Assembly: GCA_002269645.1 (NCBI GenBank)
Contig: NIVC01003619.1
Location: 1-64,000, forward strand
DNA from: Macrostomum lignano
Lineage: Eukaryota
Direction: 5' to 3'
DNA: 64,000 bases
Positions 1 through 11,399 of this stretch are shown in pieces. Under the pieces are notes generated by a model. That model ran no database searches. It saw only the letters and a program-made list of their open reading frames with translations, and had not been told where the DNA came from. The position numbers and the translations under genes were made by a program. Within the stretch, counting starts at the first letter, position 1; every line of letters starts with the position of its first letter.

Positions 1-632
1 AGCATGGAGGATTGCCAAGCGCTGTGTCACAGGCTCACCATCAATGGTGAGAGCAGCTCAGTGCTGGTATTGCAGCTCATGCAGCAGCCAAGAGCAGCTC
101 ACTTTGCCCATCCATACCTTCACTAACATCTCACACAGTGTGAACGGCAGACTGCAGTGCATCGGCAGTCCTCAGCACTTGAAGAACAAGTTCGGCCAAG
201 GGTTCACCATCTTCCTGCGCGTTCGTCAGCCGCAGTCGCAGGAGGCGACATCCGCCTCTGCCTCGGCCTCTGCTACCGTCGATAACACGGAATGTCAGCT
301 GGAGAGAGCTCACGAAGCGTTCATGTCGGCCTTTCCGGACGCCGTGCTGTGCGAGAACCACGCGGCTGTGCTGCAGTACCAGCTGAAGCAGACCGTGAGG
401 CTCAGGACCATCTTTGAGAGCGTCCAGAGGCTCAAGGACAACGGTCTGGTGCTGGACTACAGCGTCAACCAGACCACTCTCGACCAGGTAAAGTTATTTA
501 ATGGATGATGCCAATAATGACGTTTAGGTAATTATCTGTCTAAATATTTAAAGCTTTGGGCTAAGCTTTTCTGATCTGTTCATGCAGGTGTTCATCAGAT
601 TCGCCAAAAATCAGTCAGAAGAGGCTTCCTAA
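1..632 (+). CDS. ABCA: ABCA-subfamily ABC transporter, last three exons (partial): <1-~48, ~139-487, 588-632
   Basis: Motifs SMEDCQALC, VNGRLQCIGSPQHLKNKFGQGF and DYSVNQTTLDQ|VFIRFAK are typical of the ABCA NBD2/regulatory C-terminus. Donor CAG|GTAAAG at 488, acceptor TGCAG at 587, TAA at 630-632. The first junction is only in frame if small indels are assumed. Confidence 0.88.
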
Positions 633-961
633 ATCCCGGACCCAGTCCTGTCGTCCGATCTGAAGGAAGATCTGAAAAAAGAGCTCGTTCTCAGCGTTCT
701 CAGCCGCCGCTGGTGCCTTCATCTAACTGTCACAGAATTCTATCGTAGGTGAATGGACAATTTTTTTACGTCTGTAGCTCAGCGCATGTGTGAATTGGTA
801 GTAGCAATAGTTGGATGCCTTTTTGCTCAATAGTTATGCCAATAGTGTTTTTGCGATAAGGACTGCAGCAGTTTTCCGTATTGTTATGTTAAAAATACTT
901 TCATAGAGCATATCGCCTTCTACTTTTTTCTACTCATTTGTAATAACGGTTACTAAAGTGC

Positions 962-967
962 AATAAA
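962..967 (+). terminator. Candidate poly(A) signal AATAAA of the ABCA gene
   Basis: AATAAA about 330 bp after the stop codon; position only. Confidence 0.4.
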
Positions 968-1671
968 GTGTTGTTTAAGCGATGCCCTTCTAAATGAAAT
1001 ACACATCTAGATCATAGTCAGTCATGCTAACGGCTACAAGTTTACTCTGACGACTTCCAAATTCGCTTCTTACAGAGGCAGAACAATTTATGGACTGGAG
1101 ATTGTGGCGGTAACCGCAGGCAATCGAAACAGAGGTTTTTTAGCTAGTGACATTTTTTACGAGGATTTTTTATGCGCTCGTATTTCACGTCATGGCATTG
1201 CCTTCAAAATGCAAAATATACGCTCTGCTGTTTTGTCCATATACTCATACGGTACTTACATAGCACTCCTATCGCGCCTGTTCTATTTGAAAAGCACATT
1301 AGAGAAGGTAAAATCTGAAAGCGGTGTTAAGCTGTGAAAATTTAGAGAAAAGTCGCCCTCCACAGAGCCAATAAGTTCCCACTCTACCTTGCTCTGCAAG
1401 CTCAGCAACACAAGACAGGGCCGTCACAATGCTTGTCTTGTACTGAAGCGTCTTCCCGCCCGCTTCCTCAACTGTGAGCAGAAGTCGCTCGCCACTCTTT
1501 CCTCGATATCGATTCAGGCTTTCGATATTCTGCAATTGCTGCACTCGGCACAGCTGTGGCGTCAGCTATATTTCGCTGAAAAATTGCTTGCGAACGTGAG
1601 CCAAGCCGATACCTGCAGTTGATATTTCACAAATTAAAAAAAATTCAGAAAATATTCGACCCACGAACACA

Positions 1672-2639
1672 ATGCTGCACAGCTGCACCCTCGTGTTCTT
1701 CCTCTCCGCCTGCGTCTGCCTGGCCACCATCGGCCTCTTCAGCGACCGCTGGCTGCTGATCGAGGCCTCGGTGCCGCGGCCAGGCTTGACAGGAAACGCC
1801 TCCGCCACCACCTTCGTGGCCGTCGGGCTGTGGGAGACGAAAAGTGAGTGGAGAAACGGCTACAAAGTAAAGCTTTAGCGACTCAGATCAATCAGACGCA
1901 TTCATGTCCATCGAGCACTTAAATTGGCATAAATTTTCCGCCAGGGGTCGCATTCTACTATTTCTACTACCATCACCGGCCGCGCGAGGTGCTAGTTTAC
2001 CACGAGACCGTCCTGGCTACCGCCGCACTGTCGGCTTGGAGACGCCGGAGGCGCCAGAAAACAGCACCGGCCTGCGGGCCAACTGGCGTTGGGCGCCGAC
2101 CACCCGGTGCTGTCCGAGGCCACCTTGAGGCGGCTGACGGTGGCCAACAACGGAGCGTTGGTGGCAGCCCGGGTGCTGCTGTTCGCCTGCCTGGGCCTTG
2201 GCTTGACGGCGAGCATCAAGCTGGTAATTGACGCGTGCGGCGAACGCGGCTAGTGCGCCACCGGTACAAGGAGCGGGTGGTGGCCGCCACCGTGGCCGCC
2301 CTGTGCATCGGAGTCGGTGAGATTCAGCGTCGGAGTGTGGAACCATTTGCTTCTGCGCTTTGTTCTGTGGATGCTTTGGCAGGAGCTCTCTAAAACACAC
2401 AGACCACTTTCCCTATGTATTCGGGGGTCATTGGGATTGCCCCCCTTTTTCCCGCAGCCGTGCTGTCAATCATCGCCTGGTCTGTGTTTCTTGGCACCAT
2501 GTACAGCGCTGTGCTGCGTCACGGTGAAACTTCCGAGGTGCTCAGCTCCGGCTTCATCTGCTGCGTGTTGGCCAGCCTCACTGCGGTGTGGCTGCTGGCC
2601 TGGCGGCCTGCTCAATCACGGCAACTGAAGACTAAATAA
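1672..2639 (+). pseudogene. Claudin/PMP22/EMP-like four-TM gene (exons 1672-1843, 1945-2316, 2383-2639); pseudogene or sequence errors
   Basis: Hydrophobic N-terminus, then DRW...VGLWE (W-GLW-like loop motif) and three further hydrophobic segments. GT-AG junctions have compatible phases. Exon 2 needs three -1 frame changes, and exon 3 has an in-frame TAA at ~2391. Confidence 0.5.
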
Positions 2640-3926
2640 CCGATGACGAGGCTAGTGGAAATCAGGATAATATACATTTCTCATGATCTTCAGTTTGACG
2701 GGAAATTTGGCTCGTCAAAAGTGACCTCACTAAGTGCTGTCCGGTTGCACTGCCTCGCTCATTGTACGTGTCATTTACGCACAAGCCAAAATTCGATAGT
2801 GTCAACAGCTCGTACAAGCAAGCTTTCTCGTAGAAGCATCCAGACAGCATGCGATTCGCATTTTACTGTAGTTAAAAGAGCTACAAGTCAAATTTAGCTC
2901 GCAGTTCACATAGTAGAGAAAGAAACAGTTTATTCGGGTTTATTCTGAAAGAGTACTGGTGTACTCGAAGATCTATGCATAAGACACGGAAAATACTACT
3001 AACAACTACTAAAATAAAACGTCTAGCTATGAAAAATCTATAAAACTGCCTGGCCATTTAAAGGTCAAATTTCTGCAGCAAAAGAAAGACGCGAACGCAT
3101 TATGATACAGAGCTAAGAGCCAGAATTACTGAGCTGTACAGGAGAAGCACACGTGAATGTGCATGAAGAATTTCATAGAAATGCTCTGTCTGTCCGGTGC
3201 AGAGCCAGGGCTCGGATATGCTCGCTCGCATTCCGAGCTTTCATGCAATCTTGCCTGACCAAGAATGAGAGTCTCCTCTCTCCATCTGATCCACTGTCTG
3301 AACTGCTTATGCCCGCAGCCGAGTAAGACAGACGTCCATTACGTCTGCTGTCTAGAGAATATCTCAGCTCAGTCTCGGTAAATCTTTGAAATATTGGAAA
3401 TTGTGCATTTTGAGTGATAAGCATGCGAATCGCAGATTTTATTATTTTCAATGAAAAAGTAATCAAACGTGTTGTTCAAGCACCCTTAGAGAGATACGAT
3501 GTACAGCCAAAAAACCAATGCAATGATTCTGTTAAAGCGCCATAAATGTAAAAACGCGAGTTTATAACCGAGAGCCGAGTTCCTAGACGTAGAATAGGTT
3601 AGATTTGGCGGCCTGTCAATCAGAATAGCAAAATTACACTTGGCGAATCCTAAATGTACAAACATTCGAGTACGAGTATAACAAACAGATGAAATCAGCT
3701 GATTCACGCAATCAAAAATATTCATGCTGGAATCACTAGTACAGTACGACATTGACCTGGTCCCGCATTACCATGGAACATAATAACGCCGATTGTAGTT
3801 GAAGCATAGCAGAACACAGATTGGTACGAGTAGCATTTAATGCCAGACTTCAAGCATATCAAGGCATCAAGGATACGAGCGGATAGGTTTCTTAAATCAA
3901 ATTGTTTGTTAGCGGGCATTGCTTAT

Positions 3927-5971
3927 TCATTCCTCGCGCTTGATGGCGCTGAAGAGGATCCACAGCAGCTCCTGGTTCATGCACATCGCCAGCCGACGGC
4001 GCCAGTTCGATTTGGTCAGCTCGAAACGTTTCTCGCCGAACTCCTGGAGGTGAATTGGTGAAAAGGAGCTGCATAATTCGGGATCAGGGAAATTATTTTC
4101 AATTTTCAAATGACTCACATCGACAAACAGCTTCTTGTTCTTCTCCAGCACGTCGAGCTCCATCATGGTGATCTGCTGGCACCACGGCGTGATGTCCTCT
4201 GTGGCAAGCGTGGCGAATCGGTTTTGCGTCAGCATGGAGGCGAAGTCCTCGACGGTGCACAGCCGGTGCGGTCGCCGCGACCAGAAGCTGTCGAGGCCCG
4301 TCTGCTCCTGGCTCTCGCCGCTCTGCACGCAGTAGTCTGAGATCAGCAGGCGGCCGCCGGCTTCAAGCCATTTCTGCAATGGTTAAAATTGCTCAAGGTT
4401 GTTGACACATGAATTCTTCTAACACAGTGCAAAAATCACTCCATGAGACAAGTTCGACGCAGTAAAACGAAGGCAGATTAAGTGAATCGAGAAGAACTTA
4501 CGTAGTACTTGGCTAGCACCTTGTCTTTGGCACCACATATTGCAGCACGTCTCTGCTGTAGATAACATCAAATGAAGACTCCTCGTATAAGGCGTAGGTC
4601 TCAATGTCTGCGACCTCGAACAGAACCTGATGCGAAACGAAATGAAAATCAGGTTTAATTTTAAAGATTTTTTAAAACCCTGGAACTCTCTAGATAAGCT
4701 CACATTGGGCACGCTCAGCTGGTTAGCCCGTTGCAGTGCGATGCTGATCATCGGGGCGGAGATGTCGATCCCGATGACGTTGGCCCCGTACTCCTGCACC
4801 AGGTACATGGAGGTGTCGCCAAGTCCGCAACCCACATCCAGCACTCGCTCGCCGGATTTCACGCCAAGCTTGTCGCACAGCTCGCGCGTGCTTGAGATGC
4901 CACCGTTGGACAAGAAGCTCTTACCGAAGATTTTCTCCAGCTTGCCGATGCTCTCCTCCGAGAATAGGCGCTCGGATTTGCGCTGACGCCGGACCTCGTC
5001 CGCAACCGCCGGGACCTTCTGCACCAGCCAGCACATCTGGTTGCGGTTTTGCTTGTAGCTGATGTAGGTCCGGCTCGGCCTGGCGTACAGCAGGCTGAAC
5101 TTGCAGCCTTTGCCAGCCGCGGCCTCAAGCAGAAGCTCATTGTACTGCTGGGGCGTCCGGTAGCGCGTGGGGTTGTCAGTCCGGGCCACTGAGCCGGACT
5201 TGTGGAAGCAGGACTCGCGGAAGAAGAAGTAGCCATCTGGATGCAGCCAATCAAGGACTTTCCTGAAGACCCCGCAACCTCGGAGTCATCCAGGTACATG
5301 AACAACCAATTCGAGAATATAAAGTCGAATCTGTTTTGACTGAGGTTGAGCTTGGTTACGTCTGCTACTCCGAACTCAACGTTGCCATGGTGACCATTCA
5401 GCTCGCGGTTCTTGTCAATAAAGTTCTGCATGAAGTCGTAGGCTTCCAGGTGGGCGACCTTCGGTGCCAAGTACTGGGTGAACGGCCGATTCCCGCTCCC
5501 AGTTCCACTACCGACATTCCCTCAATGTTCGGCAGCATGCCAAGAACTTCCAGCGCCTCCCTCTCCGCTATGGTTGCCGCGTTCTCATCGAGCATCATCA
5601 TCTCCACCGTTGCCTGGCCGTGGTCCTGCCAGTAGCTGGCCATGCTCTTTCTTGTCTCTGGAGTAGCAGGGTTGGGTCATAGCATTCCGTGTTTGAATAG
5701 ATTAGTGCACAATACCAGTAGCAAAAAGGGCTTCAAAACCTAAATAATTTCTTAAAGGGTCGATAATGTTCATGTTCATGTTCACTGTAAAAGTAAAGTA
5801 AAAGTACATAACGTCATAAGGTACAAGTGAAACGCAGGATTGCACGTTCACGCTCACCCGAATGCCCGGTGCATTTGAGGCTAATTGATATGATATCTGC
5901 AAAGCTTACATTTAGTTAAAACTCTAGATTTATTTAGTATTAGTAGCACTCTTACCGCTTTTGGCTTCCAT
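3927..5971 (-). CDS. PMT: Two-domain phosphoethanolamine N-methyltransferase (PEAMT/PMT), ~490 aa; exons 5971-5956, 5657-4704, 4626-4502, 4373-4119, 4043-3927
   Basis: MT1: YW...TVEMMMLD, ELGAGIGR, FSNWLFMYL, FRESCF, NPTRYR. MT2: VLDVGCGLG, GIDIS, YSRD, KWLEAGGRLLISDYC. Splice phases are consistent. Three single-base deletions in short homopolymers (~5482, ~5273, ~4533) must be corrected to give one frame. Confidence 0.9.
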
Positions 5972-6071
5972 TGAGTGGGGCCAACTCAATCTGTTTATTG
6001 CCTTCTCAGAGAGACGAGTGCTAAAAATAGACTGCTGGCGGCGATTGTCTAGTGTACAGGCCGGGGCGCCC

Positions 6072-6078
6072 TTTTATA
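6072..6078 (-). promoter_or_regulatory. TATA box (TATAAAA) upstream of PMT
   Basis: CCCCTATAAAAGGG on the minus strand, ~100 bp upstream of the inferred ATG at 5971. Confidence 0.45.
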
Positions 6079-7281
6079 GGGGAGTGGTTTCAAGAAAATA
6101 TGCTACAACCCCCACCCAGTGTTAGATTGCCGAGTGGAAGGAAATCCAAGTCTATCCCTGGCCCCGGTAATGTACGTTCAAGTCTGGTCCCCCGGCGATG
6201 TACATTGAGCGCCCCGCCACCCCACGCGCGCTTGCATGCGAAAGCGGGCGGGCAGTTTTATTCCGCTGATGGAAAAAAACCAAAGCTGGCTTTGCATTAT
6301 AGACGGCCTGGCACTTGGGACGGCGAGACAGTGGAAAAAACCAAGGACGTTCATTTTACACGGCTAGTGGAGCAGCAGAGGGTAAGGTGAAAGAAGGGCG
6401 TTTGATAACGCCTAGCGGTCTGTATAAAACCGAGAGAGGCTCACCCGTAGCGGTCATGTCGCTGGCTGACTGCATATCTCCGAATAAATCCGAGAGTTCG
6501 GCCCACTTATCCCAATTGTACAAATTTTCTCTGAATTATCTGGCGGCGGCGCCGCTTCTCTTGTTACCGGTATTTATTAGTTTTTGCGTGGCTGCTGACA
6601 ATGTGTAATGCAGTTGAAGTCATGTGATTCAGTGCGATAGATAGGGGGGCGGGCGGCTAAACAGGCGCGGCGTAAACAGAAACAACTTTAGCGAGTTCCT
6701 TTGGCAGCCGGCCGGCCCTCTCAACTGGTTGGCAACTGGTTTAGTCCGGTCATCGGCACAGATAAAGAATTGGCATCGGTCAGTCCTATTGAGCTGATAC
6801 CTGGATAGGTAGCGCTATTAAACTGCAAGTGCGCAGAGGTGAAAATTCAAAATTTGACCCAGCAGAAGGAAATCTGGCTGAGCTGTCCTTGCTCTTCTAT
6901 GATAAACAATTGCCAGCGATGCTGAGCAGAAATGTGTGAGCTTTTGGCAGTAAACAAACTTTCTCTGCTCTGGCCCTTGAAAAGTGCTTAGATTGAGTAT
7001 CTTATGCGCTTACAATGAGTAGTTGAGTAATTTGAGTACATTAGATGCAAGCCACCAGTCTCACGCTTGCTTGGCCTGCCTAGGCTGCCTTCATTACTAA
7101 ATTTTCTATGGAATTTACCTTGGGCCAAACTTGCGAGTATTTACAGTAATAGCAATCTAGCCAACAAAAACACTGTTTTTGACAGCGCTTAGCTCACTCA
7201 TTCCACTGGATAAATCTAATGAACTCAAGGCTATTGAAAGAAAGCGGAGGCAGTGAGACAATTTAAATTCGGTTTTCGGAC

Positions 7282-7573
7282 CCCCTTGGTGCTGGCGCCC
7301 CTTGGTGCTGGCGCCCCTTGGTGCTGGCGCCCCTTGGTGCTGGCGCCCCTTGGTGCTGGCGCCCCTTGGTGCTGGCGCCCCTTGGTGCTGGCGCCCCTTG
7401 GTGCTGGCGCCCCTTGGTGCTGGCGCCCCTTGGTGCTGGCGCCCCTTGGTGCTGGCGCCCCTTGGTGCTGGCGCCCCTTGGTGCTGGCGCCCCTTGGTGC
7501 TGGCGCCCCTTGGTGCTGGCGCCCCTTGGTGCTGGCGCCCCTTGGTGCTGGCGCCCCTTGGTGCTGGCGCCCC
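7282..7573. repeat. 16-bp minisatellite (CCCCTTGGTGCTGGCG)n, ~18 near-perfect copies
   Basis: Directly visible; explains the repetitive ORFs on both strands. Confidence 0.97.
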
Positions 7574-8059
7574 TACGATGGCGTCCCATACAATGGCACC
7601 CCACAGCTTGCGCTGGCGGCACCAAACCATCCCCCCAGGATTGTACATGTAAATAAGCGACAACAATATGCTAAAATATGCAGTGTTTATTTTAGTTTTC
7701 AAAGTTGTGTGCCGTTAATAATAGAGGTGCATTAAGGGATTTTCGCAGCATCTGATTAAGCGTTTTTAGGAGTACGTGCGCCTAATTTTTAGTACAGCGC
7801 TTGACAAAAAAGAACATTAAGAACTAAAACGAACTAAACATAGACGAAGCGTTTCAAAACTAATCGAGTGTTTTTCATCGATTTTTATCGGTATTGAGAT
7901 TTTGCAACTGAAGCATAAATACATTCTGATAGTAAATTTTCGAATATTTAAGTTAGTAGCATGGACTAGTCTCTAAAAGTGGGATCGAGATGCTGAATTC
8001 TTGTCCTGTATTTGCTATTCACTCTACTATCAGTAGACAAAAACGCGGCATGCAGCATT

Positions 8060-9232
8060 TCATAGCTGACTCTCGCAGCAGGTTATCGTGGCTTCTCCGC
8101 AAGCCCTACGGCCGCTGCTGCAGTTGGCGGAGCTGCACCGGTTGAGCGAAGGCCGGCCCCTCATGGAGACGCTGCCGGGGCCAGCGCCGATGCCGACTCC
8201 GTCGCCGCCGCCGCCCCTGTAGGCACGGACGAGGGTCTTGCGAAAGTTTGGGCAGGAGAGAAACAAGTAAACCGGGTTGGCAGCGCAGTTGGACAGGCCG
8301 AGGCAGTTGAACACGTCCTGCAGCACGGAGAACTTGCTGTCGGCGCTGTACAACAGAACAGTTCGACCGGACACACTGCTGATGAGAATGTCGATGTTCT
8401 TCACCTGCATGCTAAGGTGCAGCGGTAGCCAGGATACGGCGAACATCAGCGCCATGGTGACGGCCAAACGGACAATCTTCTTGCTTCGGTTGGTGACGCT
8501 GTTGTTGAACTTTACCAACTGCGAGTTGACCTCGCGGACAGTGCGGACGATCCGTACGTAGGCCGCGATGATGACGCACAGGGGCACGATGTAGAGCAGC
8601 AGCATGCCCACCGCGTCGTAGACAACGCTGGCTATTGGACTGCTGATGCTGTTGATGCACATAGGCGGCAGGTTGCTCACATTTAGGCTGGCCAGGCGGA
8701 GCAGGGAGCTCACATCCGAGACGCTGGTGAGCACGGCTACGGGAGAGCCGTAAGCGATCGCTAGCAACCAAACGGCGCCGATCATCTTCAGAGAAGTGGC
8801 GCGCGTGTCGCGGCTGTTGGTGGCGATGCGGCTGGCATTGACGCCCAGCGAACGCTCAAGAATCATAGCCGTGTGGTTGAAGATCGCCGCGCCCGCGGTG
8901 GATACCATAGCCGCGTTCGCTAGGCGGCAGAGCAAGTCGCCCAGGTGCCACACGTTAGAGAAAAACTTCTGGCAAGTGCCGGGAATGCAAATGACAGTAA
9001 TGAGCAGGTCGGTGAGCACTAGATTCAACAGAAAATACTTCTCTGACACTCGACGGGTGCGGAGAATAGCAAAGAGCAGGAGACCGTTGCCAAGGATGGA
9101 CACCAGGCCAATGAGCGAGTAGAGGCCCAGCAGCGCGATGTGGCTCTTGGCCAGTTCGTGGGTCGTGGCAATCTCGAAGAATTTGAGCAGTCGCTGGCTG
9201 TTGACCAGGCTGATGTTCACAGTCGCTGCCAT
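8060..9232 (-). CDS. Intronless rhodopsin-class neuropeptide GPCR (orexin/allatotropin-receptor-like), 390 aa
   Basis: Seven hydrophobic segments; GN (TM1), NLVLTDLL (TM2), WHLGDLLC (ECL1), ERS (DRY position), SWLP (TM6), NCAANP and FLSCPNFR (TM7/H8); N-glycosylation sequon NIS at the N-terminus. Confidence 0.88.
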   Translation of the reverse strand: MAATVNISLVNSQRLLKFFEIATTHELAKSHIALLGLYSLIGLVSILGNGLLLFAILRTRRVSEKYFLLNLVLTDLLITVICIPGTCQKFFSNVWHLGDLLCRLANAAMVSTAGAAIFNHTAMILERSLGVNASRIATNSRDTRATSLKMIGAVWLLAIAYGSPVAVLTSVSDVSSLLRLASLNVSNLPPMCINSISSPIASVVYDAVGMLLLYIVPLCVIIAAYVRIVRTVREVNSQLVKFNNSVTNRSKKIVRLAVTMALMFAVSWLPLHLSMQVKNIDILISSVSGRTVLLYSADSKFSVLQDVFNCLGLSNCAANPVYLFLSCPNFRKTLVRAYRGGGGDGVGIGAGPGSVSMRGRPSLNRCSSANCSSGRRACGEATITCCESQL

Positions 9233-11399
9233 GGTGTTTTCCCCTGCTCTGCTTCTCCTTAGAAATCGCGTCAGATGGAAAAATCGGGAAGCAGCTGGTC
9301 CAAGTTCACGCGCTGATCCTCAAATCTGCGTTGCCGTCACACTTCTTGACGCCTGCCCTCCCCGCTCCCCCTCGGCCTCGCCTCTCAGCTTGCTCATGGC
9401 CTCGGGCTGCGCTGAATCACTCGATTCGCCCCGTGCCTGCTATCCAGTGGCCGCCGACTCCCCCAATCTCATTCGTTGCGTGACGACAGCTGCATGGCGC
9501 TTCTCTCGGAGCCTCTGCAGTCTCGGGGTCTCGCTACCGACTGCTCGGGAAACGGCGAAACATTATCGAAATGAGAAATCCCCGAGGGTCTCGAGGCTCA
9601 GCCTGCAATATCTGCGTGCCTCGGGATTTGTGACAACGCCTGGCAAGGCAGGGAAAATAAAGACACAAATTTTCTATAAAATATATTCTTGCTTGTTTTT
9701 TACCGGATGAGAAATCGCACAGGATGTGGTTTAATGAAAGACGAATACCCCCATTGACAATAACTGCAGCTCGTGAACAGATTTTGAGCAGCAAACGTCA
9801 GTAAAGAAAACAGGCTGCTCTCTCAATGAGGAAACTCCCAGCTTCCTGTCTTCAACAAAAGAAATCCGAGCTCATTCGTAAACAGTATTGATGTCCGGGA
9901 AGCGCAGTTGGCCGGGTGCGCAAGCTCAAACAGGTGGATTAATTGCTTTCAGACAGTGCTTGCTGCTTTTTTCGCTCCTTGCCAGAATTTTTTGCAAATA
10001 ATTTGAGCCTCGAATAAAGATGAATCGACGTGCAGAGTCTATTGGGTCCATTAAACTGAAATTTCTTAGAAAATTAAGAACTACGAGCGTACCGACAAGT
10101 CTGAGGGACAACGGGCGCACAAAGCCAGAGATATTCTTGACAACTTGTAGATATGTTGAGAAGCTTCTCCAGAGACAGACAAGAGCTGCCAGACAGAATA
10201 ACGATCTGCGGCAACTGCACCCACCGGAACGCTCATCTGGTGCCCAATTTAATACCGCGAGGATTTCCAGTATTATCGAACTTCTCACCAAGTCTGGTTC
10301 AACGCAACGGATTTGAAGTGTCTGTCAGCTCAAATCCGCAGAGATGAATTGCATGCGCCAGCCTGCTGAGTAGAGCTTGATAGATTTGGATTTTCCAGGG
10401 CTTGAGCACGCGACCCACAGCTCACAGCTAGATATGCTTCCGATGTGTGCCGGAGATGCAAGATCTCCTCGTGAACGACTTTTATTTGTGAACAACTTTA
10501 CACAGCAATACAAGGCAGGCAGTCTATATTCGAAATGAAAGACTTACGGATTCAAAGATAAAATACTGGTTTCTAACTTGAACTCTCACGCTAATGCAAC
10601 TCGATCAGAGATGTGTAGGAAAGACGCAAAGTCTTTGTTGGTTAATGGGAGTGCCCTTGCTACCGACGGACACAGGACAACCGCAATTAGACCAAGAGGC
10701 CCTATCGCAACCCCAAGCTAAGAACAGGACAGACAACTAGTCTTGGGCTATACCGACCCCTCGCCCATACAGCAATCCGACGTCGGCCGATGTTTTCGAC
10801 AAATAAATGTATGTACTTTTACATTAAATCGACGGATAGTCATTCGTCGGCTTAACGGCGGTCCAATTTAAAAGTAAGAGAGTGTCGTTTGCAATCGTTA
10901 TCCAGCCTGAGTCTAGGACGAATGCATGTACACATAGCTCGTACAAGCTAGGTCACCATCAGGTCCGGGGAGGTCAGCAGCTCGTCCATCCTTAGCGAGT
11001 AGCTGAGACAGGTGCGCCGCTGCTTCCTTCTTTAAGCCACAAAGGGGCAAATGCAAGAGCATAGAGCAACCACTTTTGTGGCGAAACGTCTCTGGAGGGA
11101 GCCATGATCAGGTAATAACCATGCACATCTCTCAGAAGTCAGTTTTATTAAACGAGATTAGGTATTCAGACTATTCCCTGCTTAAAGCAGCTAACGCAGC
11201 TCGCGTTTGTCGTCATTCTGAGCAAGATGTTTCAAGTAGGGGCCTTTTGATTCCTGGCACTGCCGCTCGACAGTCGACAATCGACAGTCGATTGGCAAGC
11301 AGCCGTGCCCATCTCGCTGACCCCCGAGCACGCACGCACGTACGAAGGCACACACGGAATGCACAGCGGCCCAGGCTTCTAGTCACCAGGCAGGTACTC

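Noticed and set aside
4502-5500. Programmed ribosomal frameshifting in PMT
   Set aside because: No slippery heptamers or downstream structures seen; each shift is a one-base homopolymer shortening typical of long-read consensus error.
7157-7735. Repetitive ORFs on both strands (GAPAPRGASTKGRQHQ etc.)
   Set aside because: Artefacts of the 16-bp array. The same applies to ORFs over the arrays at 14.9, 17.2, 35.6, 47.8 and 48.6 kb.
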